Source: a virus (Duplodnaviria > Caudoviricetes). Taken from it: a DNA stretch of 64,000 bases. The notes below the pieces were generated by a model. The model saw only the letters and a list, made by a program, of their open reading frames with translations, did no database searches and was not told where the DNA came from. The translations under genes and the position numbers were made by a program. The DNA lies in IMG/VR virus record IMGVR_UViG_3300029288_000138, positions 1-64,000 of that record, one strand, 5' to 3'. Shown piece by piece: positions 23,890-35,350 of the stretch (positions are counted from its first letter, which is position 1; each line of letters opens with the position of its first letter).

Positions 23890-24041
23890 TGTCTTTCAGA
23901 AGAAAGAAAGAAGACGAGTTTAGAAAAAAGAAAAAATTTAAAAAACTCAAATTAAAATTCAAAAACGAAGAAGAAGAACAAAAATACAAAAATTGGAAAT
24001 ATGAAAAATTTCCAAAGATTAATACAAATGATGAGGAATAA
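23890..24041 (+). CDS. Small Lys-rich hypothetical protein
   Basis: ATG after AGG; TAA abuts the NUDIX start. Confidence 0.45.
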
Positions 24042-24440
24042 ATGCCAATTCAGTCTACTGGTATATTTCTAATTAATAAAAATGATAAAATATTACTAGT
24101 GCATCCCTCTGGTTGGTATAATAAAAGTGCTCCGTATTATATGCCGAAAGAAACAATAGAACCCGGTGATACTATTCTATCATCTTGTCAAAGAGTTATA
24201 ACAGAAGAATTGGGACTAAATTTAAATTCTGTTTTAATCCAATCTAATTTTACTAGTGTGCAACAGCCAAATAAACTGGTTTATTGTTTTTATGGGATAT
24301 ATTATGGAAATAAAAATAGTATCAAATTGGATTGGGAAAATGATAAATATGTATGGGTAGACTTTGAAACCGCAAAGAAAATCATTCGAGTCGAATACAT
24401 TAAAGCAATTGAACAATTACAATATTTGTTATTAAAATAA
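24042..24440 (+). CDS. NUDIX hydrolase-like protein
   Basis: PKETIEPGDT...RVITEELG, a degenerate Nudix box. Confidence 0.7.
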   Translation: MPIQSTGIFLINKNDKILLVHPSGWYNKSAPYYMPKETIEPGDTILSSCQRVITEELGLNLNSVLIQSNFTSVQQPNKLVYCFYGIYYGNKNSIKLDWENDKYVWVDFETAKKIIRVEYIKAIEQLQYLLLK

Positions 24441-24450
24441 GGAACCAATT

Positions 24451-24783
24451 ATGTTAGTATGCACAATATACAAGCATGAAGCATCTGAAGTTAAAGAGTG
24501 GATCGAAAAAGAATATAAGTTTGATCGAATTAAAGAGTTATTTATTAAAAAATATAAACGAAATCTACCATTTGAAACTGAGTATGAATTAATAGAAGTG
24601 GTAGAAAGGAAATTAAAAATAAAATTGCAATTACCAGAAGAATCACCAACCCAAAAACAAGATTGGGAATTTCTATGGCATAGATTTGGGTTAAATAAAC
24701 GATGCATAAAATGTAGTAAAAAATGTAAGCAACACGCAGGATGCGTTGTAGAATATTGCCCATTATTTGTTAAAAAGATTTAA
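24451..24783 (+). CDS. Hypothetical protein with C-terminal Cys cluster
   Basis: CIKCSKKCKQ...C...C. Confidence 0.55.
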   Translation: MLVCTIYKHEASEVKEWIEKEYKFDRIKELFIKKYKRNLPFETEYELIEVVERKLKIKLQLPEESPTQKQDWEFLWHRFGLNKRCIKCSKKCKQHAGCVVEYCPLFVKKI

Positions 24784-25715
24784 TGATAAAAAATCCAGAA
24801 CGATTAAAAGAAATATTAATACAAAAACTAGGTCAGTGTAAAACTTTAAATAGCGGTGAAATTGAATTTTTCTGCCCATTTTGCTTTCACAAAAAGAAAA
24901 AGTTAAAAGTTAATACTATGACTGGTCACTGACATTGTTTTGTTTGTGGAGTTGGGTCTTTAGGAATATTAGATTTATTTAAAAAGACCAAATCTAGTAA
25001 TAGTATAATCAAAGAAGTATTTGATTTAATTGATAATAATAAAGTATACATTAAATCAAATATAATAGAAAATAACAATAATAACATAGTATTACCAAAT
25101 GAATTTATCCCACTGCATAAATTACGGCTTAGTATTGAATATAAAAATGCAATTCAATATTTAAATAAAAGGCATATAACCCAGGAAAAAATTAATAGAT
25201 ATAATATAGGATATTGTGAAACTGGAAAATACGCATATAGAATAATATTGCCCAGTTACAATGCTAATGGAGTATTAAATTATTTTACTGCTAGAGCATA
25301 TTATGATAATATGTTTGAAAAATATAAAAATCCAGGATATTCAAAAGATACATTTATATTTGAATTGTATATATCATGATTATTTCCGATTATACTAGTT
25401 GAAGGAATGATAGATGCAATTGTAATTGATAGGAATGCTATTCCTATGTTAGGGAAATCAGTTAATAATACGTTAATGTTATCATTAATAAAACATAATG
25501 TAAAAGAAGTATATCTAGCATTGGATGCCGATGCTACTAAGGATATATATAAGATAGCCAAAAAATTAATATCTAATAGCGTCAATGTTAGAGCGGTTAT
25601 ATTACCAAAAAATCAAGACCCAGCAACAATTGGTCAATCTGAATTTTTTAACTGCATGAATAATAGTATTCTTTTAGATAAGTGTAATCTATTAAAGTTT
25701 AAAATGAAATCATAG
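24783..25715 (+). CDS. DNA primase (zinc finger plus TOPRIM; 310 aa, TGA=Trp)
   Basis: CPFC...H-W-HCFVC, RIILP, YFTAR, LVEGMIDA, LALDADA; TGA at 24930 and 25377. Confidence 0.85.
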
Positions 25716-25726
25716 GAGAATAGGTA

Positions 25727-28700
25727 TTGGGAATTATACGATTGAGTGATACTGCAGTAATTAATAGAATAGTGCATTCTGCAGACATACATATTAGGAA
25801 TGTAGAGCGACACAATGAATATAAAAAAATTATAAAAAAATGATTAAAATCTTTATCTATACAAAATGTAGATTTGATATGTATTGTTGGAGATACACTT
25901 CATTCTAAAACAGTGCTTTCTCCAGAATCAATAAACATTGTATATGAGTTATTAACTAAATTATCTAAAATATCCCCAGTTATAATTTCATTAGGCAATC
26001 ACGATGTAAATTTAACAAACCCAAATAGAATGGATGCTTTATCCCCGATTATAAAAATGGCAAATATTCAAAATGTGCATTTGCTAAATACTTCAAATAT
26101 ATATCGTTACGGCAATATAGATTTTTATAATGTTTCAATTAGAAAAAAAGATTTAAATATTGTTGAAAATGTATATGATAATAATCAAACTAACATTGCA
26201 TTATATCACGGAGTAATAAAAAGTTCTAGAAATGATTTTGGGTATGTTTTTGAAAGTGAAATTTCTAGCGAAATATTTGAAAAATTTGATATCGCAATGT
26301 TAGGGGATATCCATCGTCGGCAGGAAATAAATAGCAAAAAAATACAATATTGCGGTTCATTAATTCAACAAAATTATGGAGAAGATACAGAAAAAGGATA
26401 TGTTATTTGGGATATATCTGATAAAAATGATATAAAAAGCGAATTTGTTAAAATAACCAATGACAATGCCTTTTATACAATAACTACAAACAAAGGCAAA
26501 TTACCTGATTTAAATATTACTGAAAAAAATCCTAGAATCAGACTATTTTTAGATAGAGATGCATTAAATAATGCAAATGAAATTATTCATCAAATAAAAC
26601 AAACTTTAAACCCGTTAGAACTTACATCTCATGTTAAAGATGAAACAGAAAAAAGTAATATTACTAGAAAATATGAAGTACAAAGTTTTTATGATACAGG
26701 AGTTCAAAATGGATTGATAGAAAGATTTTTGAAAGATAAGTATTCAACTATTAGTAATGAAGAATTAAATAATATATTCAATTTAAATTTTGAAATGGAA
26801 AATATATTAAGAGATGGTGGGTACTATGTTATGCCAAATTATGGTAGTAATTGAAGTGTAGAAAAATTAGAATTTGATAATATGCTTATTTATGGTGAAG
26901 GAAATAGTGTAAACTTTAATAATCTACCCGGTATAACTGGAATATTTGGTGCTAATAATACTGGTAAGAGTGCATTTTTTGATATACTGATGTTTGCTTT
27001 GTTTGGTCAAACAACTAAAAATTTAGTGTTAGAAAAAATCGTTAATGACAAAAAGAACAATGCAACTGCAATGACTCTTATATACTTAGATATAATTGGC
27101 TGTAAATATGCTATAGAAAGAATAATAGGTACAAAGTATTTTAAAAAATACGGCAGAAGATCGGTTATAACTAGCACGTTAAATTTTTATGTTGTTGATA
27201 ATAATGGTGAAAAAATATTGCAAAATGATGATGACAAAAATAAAACGGAAAGAAAAATAAGAACAATGATAGGCACCCCAGAAGATTTTATATCAACTAC
27301 TATGTTAGTGCAAAATGATGGAACTCCATTTATTAGTAATAGAGATACAAAAAGAAAATCTTCATTAAGCAGATTATTAGGATTAGAACCACTAGAGCAA
27401 AAATATGATAGAGCAAATACTATGGCAAGAAAAATTAGTATTATTTTAGAAGATTTGTTATCTAAAGATTATAAATCGGAATTGGCTCAGTTATTGATAA
27501 AAATTAATAGTGCTAATAATATTAAAGAAAATCTTTCAATTGATTTAAGTAATCTAAATAAAAAACTAGAAGATATTGAAAATGAAATAGAAGAATATAG
27601 AAATAGCTTAAATAATATAAAATTGTTTGATTTAAATTTAGATAAAATCAATATCGAATTAAATAATCATACTACTTCATTGGGATTGAAAGAAACAGAA
27701 TTAAAAGAGGCTAATAGTATATTTACTAGTTTAAAGGAACAATATATAAATTTGGATACTGAATTATCTAAATATGATTATATCGAACTGGAAAAAAATA
27801 ATACTGAATATGTACAATTAAATAAGCAACTAACAGAAATTAAAAACGATATTGAAAAATTAACTATTACAGTTAAACAAAAATTACAGCAATTAAATAT
27901 ACTAAAGAATGAACCATGGCATGAATATGAAGAGGTTTGCAGAACTTGCTCATTTTTAAAAGATGCATTCAAAAGTAAAGACGAATTATATATTCACTCT
28001 AAAGAATCTGATGAGTTACTAGCATCAAGAAATAATATAGAAAATAGTATGGCAAAATTGCTTCCAGAAGTTACTAAATTCAAAACATACAATAACACTT
28101 TCACTGATAAAAACAGTATTTTTGAGAAAATGAAAATTACCAAATTGAAAATATCTGAGATAAGCAATGAAGCTGAATTGATAAAAACAAGAATAAATAT
28201 ATGTAATAATAATATCAATGAATATAACAATAATAAAGAATCTATTGATAAAAATACAGAAATACAAAAAAATATAGAATCTATTAAGAAAATAAAAGAA
28301 TCATATAAAAGTAATATAGCAGAAGTATCAAATAGTTTAATTAATATATTAGGAGATATAAAATTATTGGATAACAGAAAAGAACAGGTTGTATCTGAAA
28401 TAGAAAAAATACAGGAATTAGAAACTAAGCATAATACTTACAGATACTATTTAGAGGCTATTCATAGAGACAATATTCCCTATCAAATTATATCTCAAAT
28501 GTTGCCGCATATAAATCACGAAATAACTCATATACTAGAAACAACTGTAGATTTTAGTATTGATATTAGATCCGGAGAAGATAAAATAGAAATAATTATT
28601 GTTAGACCAAATGGAGAGGAAAGACCCATAGAGGCCGAAGGCGGAATGGTAAATGTTATTTCTGGTATAGCAATTAGAGCAGCATTGAATTTTGTTTCTG

Positions 28701-28912
28701 TATTACCGAAACCAGACTTCTTTGCTATAGATGAAGGATTTTCGGCCTTTGATGAAAACATATTATCTTCTGTATACAATTTAATAGACTTTTTAAAGAG
28801 CAAATTTAAGAATGTATTTATGATAACTCATATCAATAGTTTAAAAGATGGGGTTGATAATATTATAGAAATAAAGCCAGAACGAGGTGGCTCTATAGTT
28901 AATGTTTGTTAA
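25727..28912 (+). CDS. Fused SbcD(Mre11)-SbcC(Rad50)-like nuclease/ATPase (1061 aa, TGA=Trp)
   Basis: SADIH, GD, GNHD, HG, GDIH nuclease motifs; Walker A GANNTGKS, CRTC hook, IDEGF; one frame with TGA at 25841 and 26852. Confidence 0.85.
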
Positions 28913-29004
28913 AAAATATTATTGTTTTATAAAGAATTATCTTGTTTTTCAATCATTTTAATATTAAATTATAGGGTTAATTAAAATAAAGAAGGAAAAA
29001 GAAA

Positions 29005-29373
29005 ATGAAAATCCTAAAAATTAAGAAAACTTTTGAAACAGCAGAAGAAGTTTATGCTAGTTCCGAATTTCATAAGATTTGGGAGGGTTTTAATGAAAAC
29101 AAACCATTCATTCGATATAAAAACGAGTTTACATTTTATAAAGCTTTTGTAACAGCCGGGCAATATGAGGATGATATTTGGATGTGGTATAAGTGCCTAG
29201 ATGGTATGGTTTTTCTGCGAAAAATTTCGGTCTGTTCCTGTTTGGATAACGCAGATTTTCGCTTAGTTTTAATCAATGAAGAAAAAAATGAAATCGTATT
29301 GACAGATATGTTCTTCAAAAAATCCGTAAATCTCTCGAAAAACTTGCCAAAACTTAGAACAACTTTTTGCTAA
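29005..29373 (+). CDS. Hypothetical protein
   Basis: First gene after the early promoter at 28942. Confidence 0.6.
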   Translation: MKILKIKKTFETAEEVYASSEFHKIWEGFNENKPFIRYKNEFTFYKAFVTAGQYEDDIWMWYKCLDGMVFLRKISVCSCLDNADFRLVLINEEKNEIVLTDMFFKKSVNLSKNLPKLRTTFC

Positions 29374-29378
29374 ACCGA

Positions 29379-30731
29379 ATGAACAACAAAGAACAATCAA
29401 TCAAAATAATCAAAACTATACAATCTAAAGGATTCGAAGCAGTTTGGGCCGGCGGGTGTGTACGAGATACTATTCTAAATCTCGAACCAAATGATTATGA
29501 TATTGCTACAAATGCTACTCCTAATGATATTGAAAGAATTTTTGATAATTCAAAATTCGACTACAAATTCATTATCAATAAACACTGTAATGGAAATAGA
29601 TTTGGAGTATCATTAATTAAAGGCATAGAAGTAGCAACATTCAGAACAGACGGGAAGTATGAGGACGGCCGCAGACCAGAAGGAGTAGAGTTTTGCGATA
29701 TGGAACATGATGCAGCCAGGCGGGATTTTACATGCAATGCGTTATACATGGATCCAGTAGAAAATACCATTTATGATTTTGTCAATGGCATCAATGATAT
29801 CAATAACAAAAAATTAAAATTCGTTGGTAAAGCAATTGATAGAATCAATGAAGATTATTTAAGGATGCTAAGATTTGTTAGATTCTTAGCAAAATTTGAT
29901 TTTGATTATGACTACGATGATATTGATACCATACAAAACAATGCTGAAAATATTAAAAAATTATCTGGTGAAGTAATATTAATGGAATTGGTCAAAATGG
30001 CCGTTTTATTTCCTGATAAATTTGCTAAATGCATTGTGTTAATGAAGATGACAAATTTGTTACAATATATTTTTCCTAGTGTTGATAGGCTTGATACTAT
30101 TGAACAAGATCCAATCAATCATCCAGAGGGAGTGGTTTGGGAGCATACTATTCTAACAGTTTCTAAACTACAAAAAGATATTAAATTAGAAACTAAATTT
30201 GCTGCTTTATTTCATGATACTGGAAAATATCAAACCAAAGGGTTCAATAAAGAAAAGAACAAAATTACATTTTATGGCCACGAAGATTTTAGTGTAGAAA
30301 ATACCAAAGAAGAATTACTGAATTTAAAAGCATCGAATGATTTTATTGACTCGATTGTATCATTAATATCAAATCATATGAGATTTAGATTGGTCAAAGA
30401 AATGAAAAAATCTAAATTGATTAAATTTTTTGCATTAGATAATTTCAATGAACTAATGAAATTACATAAAGCAGATTGTTTAGGTAGTGATAATGATTTA
30501 GAATACTATAATTTCTGTACAGAAAAAATCAATGAATTAAAAGATGAAAATTCTAATAGTGTTACTTTACCCAAAAGATTAATTAATGGGGATGATTTAA
30601 TTTCAATTGGTTATATCCCCGGAAAAATATTCAAAGATATTCTGGATACTGTATTTGATTTGCAATTGGAAGGCAGTATTAATACAAAAGAAGATGCAAT
30701 ACAATTCATACTTGATAAATATCATCTATAA
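29379..30731 (+). CDS. cca: tRNA nucleotidyltransferase (CCA-adding/poly(A) polymerase class II) with HD domain
   Basis: GGCVRD, DYDIAT, ATFRTD, DAARRDFTCNAL, FHDTGK motifs. Confidence 0.9.
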   Translation: MNNKEQSIKIIKTIQSKGFEAVWAGGCVRDTILNLEPNDYDIATNATPNDIERIFDNSKFDYKFIINKHCNGNRFGVSLIKGIEVATFRTDGKYEDGRRPEGVEFCDMEHDAARRDFTCNALYMDPVENTIYDFVNGINDINNKKLKFVGKAIDRINEDYLRMLRFVRFLAKFDFDYDYDDIDTIQNNAENIKKLSGEVILMELVKMAVLFPDKFAKCIVLMKMTNLLQYIFPSVDRLDTIEQDPINHPEGVVWEHTILTVSKLQKDIKLETKFAALFHDTGKYQTKGFNKEKNKITFYGHEDFSVENTKEELLNLKASNDFIDSIVSLISNHMRFRLVKEMKKSKLIKFFALDNFNELMKLHKADCLGSDNDLEYYNFCTEKINELKDENSNSVTLPKRLINGDDLISIGYIPGKIFKDILDTVFDLQLEGSINTKEDAIQFILDKYHL

Positions 30732-30769
30732 GAATAGTAATTCTAGATTGAATTATATTTATAATTGAG

Positions 30770-31318
30770 ATGATAAAACTATCTAAAATACTAAAAGAAT
30801 TTAACAATGTATCTGGTACACCAGTATTTGAGTTTAATACCCAAATCTACATTCCATTACAAGTAACAAAGATTCCAAGTGTAATTAATAAACCAAATGT
30901 AGTCAAAACAGTATTCATCGAATTGAATTATTCGTACATATATAACTATGTAAGAAAAGTATTGACAAATATAATCCAAAAGAATTTAAAATCTAGTAAT
31001 ATAAAATTTAATCCATCTAAAAATATTAGTCCGTGATTATTTCCTTATGCTATAATTAAAAGTGGCGATTGACGGAGTTCTCAATATTTTAATACTGAAG
31101 ATGTCGAATTACTTAAAATGATATTCCCAGATAAGTTTCAATGTATATTATCTGGAAAGGTGTATAAGTATGAAAATGGATATAAAATAGTATATAATTG
31201 AAATGATAAATCTAAATTTGAACAAAGTCTAAACCAGTTTATAAAGAATAAGTCAGATAGTAAAGTAACAGTCTGAGGTACTTGGAAGGTGAATTTTCCG
31301 GAATATTTTACAATTTAA
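30770..31318 (+). CDS. Hypothetical late protein (182 aa, TGA=Trp)
   Basis: MIKLSKILKE start preceded by TATTTATA; four TGA and one TGG; ends TAA. Confidence 0.65.
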
Positions 31319-31380
31319 TTCTTGTTTTCTATTCATTTTTATATTAAATTATAGAGTTATTAAAAATTAAAGGGGGTTAT

Positions 31381-31875
31381 ATGGAAAAGGTTTTTTCAAT
31401 CTATGGCGTAAAACTTAATAACCAAGATCTGCAGAAATCTGCTGATGCGATCAATGCTATAGAATCACAAAAGAAATTGTATGAAGACGATGCTTATTTC
31501 TATTTAATCCAAATGGTTTATGATTTAAGACATAATCAAAAAACATTGTTTCATCCAGTATATCACAATAGAAATTTATCAACAGATATTGAAATTTACC
31601 AAGAGGACGACGATTTATATATTGGAGTAGATTTTTCAAAAGTAAAATCTAGAAGTAATATTTATTCTAAAAAATATATTAATCAATATCTGGAAATAAT
31701 AAAAGGTACATTAACTATAATTTTAAATAATTTGTGTTTATTATCAAAATTAAATTGTGATTTTTATACGGGATTATATACGGATAACACAGAAGATTTA
31801 ATTGAATGTTTAAAGGAGAATAAAGGAAATGATAACAGTTGGTGGAAAGTATACGAACGCCAAGATAATGATTGA
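31381..31875 (+). CDS. Hypothetical protein
   Basis: First gene after the early promoter at 31322. Confidence 0.55.
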   Translation: MEKVFSIYGVKLNNQDLQKSADAINAIESQKKLYEDDAYFYLIQMVYDLRHNQKTLFHPVYHNRNLSTDIEIYQEDDDLYIGVDFSKVKSRSNIYSKKYINQYLEIIKGTLTIILNNLCLLSKLNCDFYTGLYTDNTEDLIECLKENKGNDNSWWKVYERQDND

Positions 31876-33148
31876 TGATATAGAACCTCAATGTTATTCT
31901 CAAATATTATCATTTGTTAATCACCCGGCATTTACAAATAATATTGCAATAATGCCAGACACTCATGCTGGCAAAGGCAGTGTAATAGGATTTACTATGC
32001 CATTAAATCCATATAGAATTATACCTAATGTCGTAGGTGTAGATATTTCATGCGGAATTGTAGGCATGTGCTTCGGATTTGATGCCAATTTTAATCTAGA
32101 TGACTCTGGTAAATATGCATTTGACACTAAGATTAGAGAATTAATTCCATTTGGCCAGACTGTTCATACTAAATCAGTTATTCATTTTAAAAATGATTTC
32201 CCTTGGAAAGAACTAAATCAAAATGCTATTGAATTTATCAAGAACTTTTATAATAAATTTAAAATTAGAATAGAACCGCCAAATTATGATTATGACTGGT
32301 TTGAAAACAAATGTAAACAAATCGGAGTAAAAGTAAAATATGCTATCGATAGCATAGGAACATTAGGCGGCGGGAATCATTTTATTGAAATTGGTAAATC
32401 TGAAAAGACTGGTTACTGGATAACTATTCATAGTGGTTCTAGAAATTTTGGTGCTAGAATATGTCAATATTGGCAAGGAATTGCTGAGAAGAAAATTAAA
32501 AATATAAAAATAAATGAATTACAAAAAGAAATACTCGATATAAAAAGTAAGTATTCTGGTATAGATATTAATATAGAAATAAACAAAGCCAAAGAAAGGC
32601 TTGGATTAAATGATAAAGTATCTGGTGATCTATTATTTCTAGAAAACGAAGATGCTATCAGTTATTTAGTTGATATGTTATTTACTCAAATGTATGCGGA
32701 AGTAAATAGAAATTATATGTCATATATACTTTGCAATATCATAAATTCTAGACCAGTAAAAACAATAAAAACTAATCATAATTTTATAGACTTTGAAGAC
32801 TTTATTATCAGAAAAGGTGCTATAAAATCATATATTAATGAGGAAATGATAATTCCATTTAATATGGAAGATGGCATATTAATATGCACTGGTAAATCTA
32901 ACCCAGAATGGAATTATTCTGCTCCTCATGGTGCTGGTAGACTATTTTCTAGAAGTGAAGCAAAAAAGAAATTATCATTAGAAGACGCTAAAACTTCAAT
33001 GGAGAATAGTGGTATTTTTACTACTGGTATTCCATTAGATGAAGTCAAAGGTGCTTATAAAGATTCAGATGTTATCAAACAAGCAATTGAACCAACTGCT
33101 GTTATAATCGACAAAATCAACCCAATTCATAATCTAAAGGCTCTATAA
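31829..33148 (+). CDS. rtcB: RtcB RNA-splicing ligase
   Basis: MPDTHAG, VGVDISCG, GTLGGGNHFIE, IHSGSRNFG, HNFI, HGAGR motifs. Confidence 0.95.
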   Translation: MITVGGKYTNAKIMIDDIEPQCYSQILSFVNHPAFTNNIAIMPDTHAGKGSVIGFTMPLNPYRIIPNVVGVDISCGIVGMCFGFDANFNLDDSGKYAFDTKIRELIPFGQTVHTKSVIHFKNDFPWKELNQNAIEFIKNFYNKFKIRIEPPNYDYDWFENKCKQIGVKVKYAIDSIGTLGGGNHFIEIGKSEKTGYWITIHSGSRNFGARICQYWQGIAEKKIKNIKINELQKEILDIKSKYSGIDINIEINKAKERLGLNDKVSGDLLFLENEDAISYLVDMLFTQMYAEVNRNYMSYILCNIINSRPVKTIKTNHNFIDFEDFIIRKGAIKSYINEEMIIPFNMEDGILICTGKSNPEWNYSAPHGAGRLFSRSEAKKKLSLEDAKTSMENSGIFTTGIPLDEVKGAYKDSDVIKQAIEPTAVIIDKINPIHNLKAL

Positions 33149-33212
33149 TATAAATTTTTTCTTCTGTTTTATAATATTTATTAATGATACAATTATATAA
33201 CAGGAGAAAATT

Positions 33213-34457
33213 ATGGGGCATTATGTTAGCATACATTCTGGTAGTTCTATAGATGAGGCTACCACAAGAATATACAATGTATCTCCGGGCATTGCTACTG
33301 CTAGTAAAGCTATAGTATTAGACGAGAATAAAGATGTTTCTGGCATTAGAAATATTACTTGTGCCGGTGGTATACTTTTATCTGGTAGTATTTCTGCATC
33401 TAATAGATTAGCAAATTGAAATAATAATGGTGTATTATCATATACAGATTTATATAACTGAATTACTGGTAGTAATAATCAAATTACTATAACAGATAAT
33501 GGTACTGGCAATGTTACTTTAACTGTACCATTTAGTGCGTCTATTGCAAGTAGATCTGCTGATTTAGAAGTAAAATCAGTAAAACAACAAGTTGTTATAG
33601 TCGCCAAAGCGGGCGGCGAATACACTTTGATCCAATCCGCGATCAACTCAATCACCGACGCGGCCAGCGATAAAATCTATACCGTACTGGTCTATCCGGG
33701 CGAGTATGACGAAGTGATTACACTGAAAAACTATGTAAACATCGTAGCAGTTGACCCGAAGGCGACGAAGATACTCCGGCAAGTAACGGATAACGGTGCT
33801 GAGTGTCATTGCTACCTGAATATCACCATTGAATCGGCAAGCTGGTATGGGCTGTATACTCGAAGTGCCTCTACGGTGGTAGAGTTGGATGGTAATGTTT
33901 TCAGCTCTGGTGGTGAGGGGGCTGTTTGTGAAGAAGGGACTCAAACCATCAATGGGAATGTTTCAAGTTCTGCAAGTTGGGGGGCTTATTGTAAAAACGG
34001 TACTCAAACTATCAACGGTAATGTTTCCAGCTCTGGTAATGATGGAGCATATTGCGACAGAGGGACTCAAACTATCAACGGTAATGTTTCCAGTACTGCT
34101 CATTGTGGTGCTTATTGTAGACGCGGTACTCAAACCATCAATGGGAATGCTTCAAGTTCTGCAAATACCTTTTGGGGTGCTTATTGTAGCGACGGTACTC
34201 AAACTATCAACGGTAATATAACTTCTACTTACAACAATGCAAATGGTCACGGTGTATGTATAGATGGTGGCACCTTCATACAGCGCAATGGCTCTATCTA
34301 CGTCACTCATGCCGACGCTAAGGCTATTTATGCCCCTGCTGCCCAAAATGTCTACCTGATGAATGTCTGGAGCAATCGGGAATTACATGCCAATATTACT
34401 AATCTTATTACTGGTGGATTCACTTATGATGCAGATGTGCCAGATGAGTCTTTGTAA
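33213..34457 (+). CDS. Tail fibre/tailspike-like protein with beta-helix repeats (414 aa, one TGA=Trp)
   Basis: Fibre motif ASKAIVLDENKD; TGA 33417 joins it to ORF 33627; pectin-lyase-like start TIQSAINSI...VLVYPGEYDE. Confidence 0.7.
33936..34215 (+). repeat. Five-copy 63-nt (21-aa) tandem repeat GAYCxxGTQTINGNVSS
   Basis: Copies start at 33936, 33999, 34062, 34125 and 34194. Confidence 0.9.
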
Positions 34458-35269
34458 CTCCGGCTGAAACGCCCGGTGCCAATTTTTCAGCCGCTCCATC
34501 TGAGGGCACAGGTTCTTTGACAACTGATTTACTTGCTGATGAAACCGCAGCAGATTTATATGAATGGGACTTTGGGGATGGTGAAACCGATTCAACTTCC
34601 GGGTATTCTGTTTCTCATGCCTATACAGAGGTTGGTGATTATCCAATATCATTAACAGTAACAAAATCGGGACAATCTAATGAATCTGTCAGAACTGTTC
34701 ATGTCTATCCTGTTTTAGATTATTCCAAAGTAGTTTGTTCTGGAGTAGACCAAAGTCATGAAGAAGGTATGCAAGCTATTATTGAAACAATCTATCCGTC
34801 TGCTACTGTTACAATACGGATTGAATCTTTTTTAAACAGTATTATTTGGGCGAAGCAAAACGGATATGGGATAATATGCAGAGCAACTACTGGATTATCC
34901 GATTACAGAATAGCACAGTTTGCTTCTTATGCAGAAGGTTTTGATATTATACCTGTTCATGCTCATGGTTCTAATAGTAATATAGAACTAACAGACCCAT
35001 CTTATATTGATGGAATCTGGTCAGTAAGAAATAGTACAGGTAGTTGGGGTGCTGGTGTTGAGTTTACTATTCCTACTGTTGTGAATGAATCCAATGCAAC
35101 TTCAACAATGGCAGGATATGTTTCTAAGTTTATGGATACTTATTCACCAGCCGTAGCGGAATTGAGAACTTTATTCAGAGATTTAGCAAGTAATTCAGGG
35201 ATACATTTTGATGCAGATGGGTATGGAACAGTTGATTGGGTTGCCGTTGAAGCGGCTTTAAATGTTTAA
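34454..35269 (+). CDS. PKD domain plus subtilase-like domain; N-terminal part lacks a start codon
   Basis: PGANFSAAPSEG...YEWDFGDG...HAYTEVGDYPISLTVT (PKD); IIWAKQNG, HAHGSN, SNAT, DGYGTVD resemble an S8 fold. Confidence 0.55.
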   Translation, partial: VTPAETPGANFSAAPSEGTGSLTTDLLADETAADLYEWDFGDGETDSTSGYSVSHAYTEVGDYPISLTVTKSGQSNESVRTVHVYPVLDYSKVVCSGVDQSHEEGMQAIIETIYPSATVTIRIESFLNSIIWAKQNGYGIICRATTGLSDYRIAQFASYAEGFDIIPVHAHGSNSNIELTDPSYIDGIWSVRNSTGSWGAGVEFTIPTVVNESNATSTMAGYVSKFMDTYSPAVAELRTLFRDLASNSGIHFDADGYGTVDWVAVEAALNV

Positions 35270-35350
35270 ATTGTTATAATTCATGGGGGGCGAGAATCTT
35301 GCACCTTTCTATTTTTATACTCAATCTAATATTTATATTAGTATAACAAT

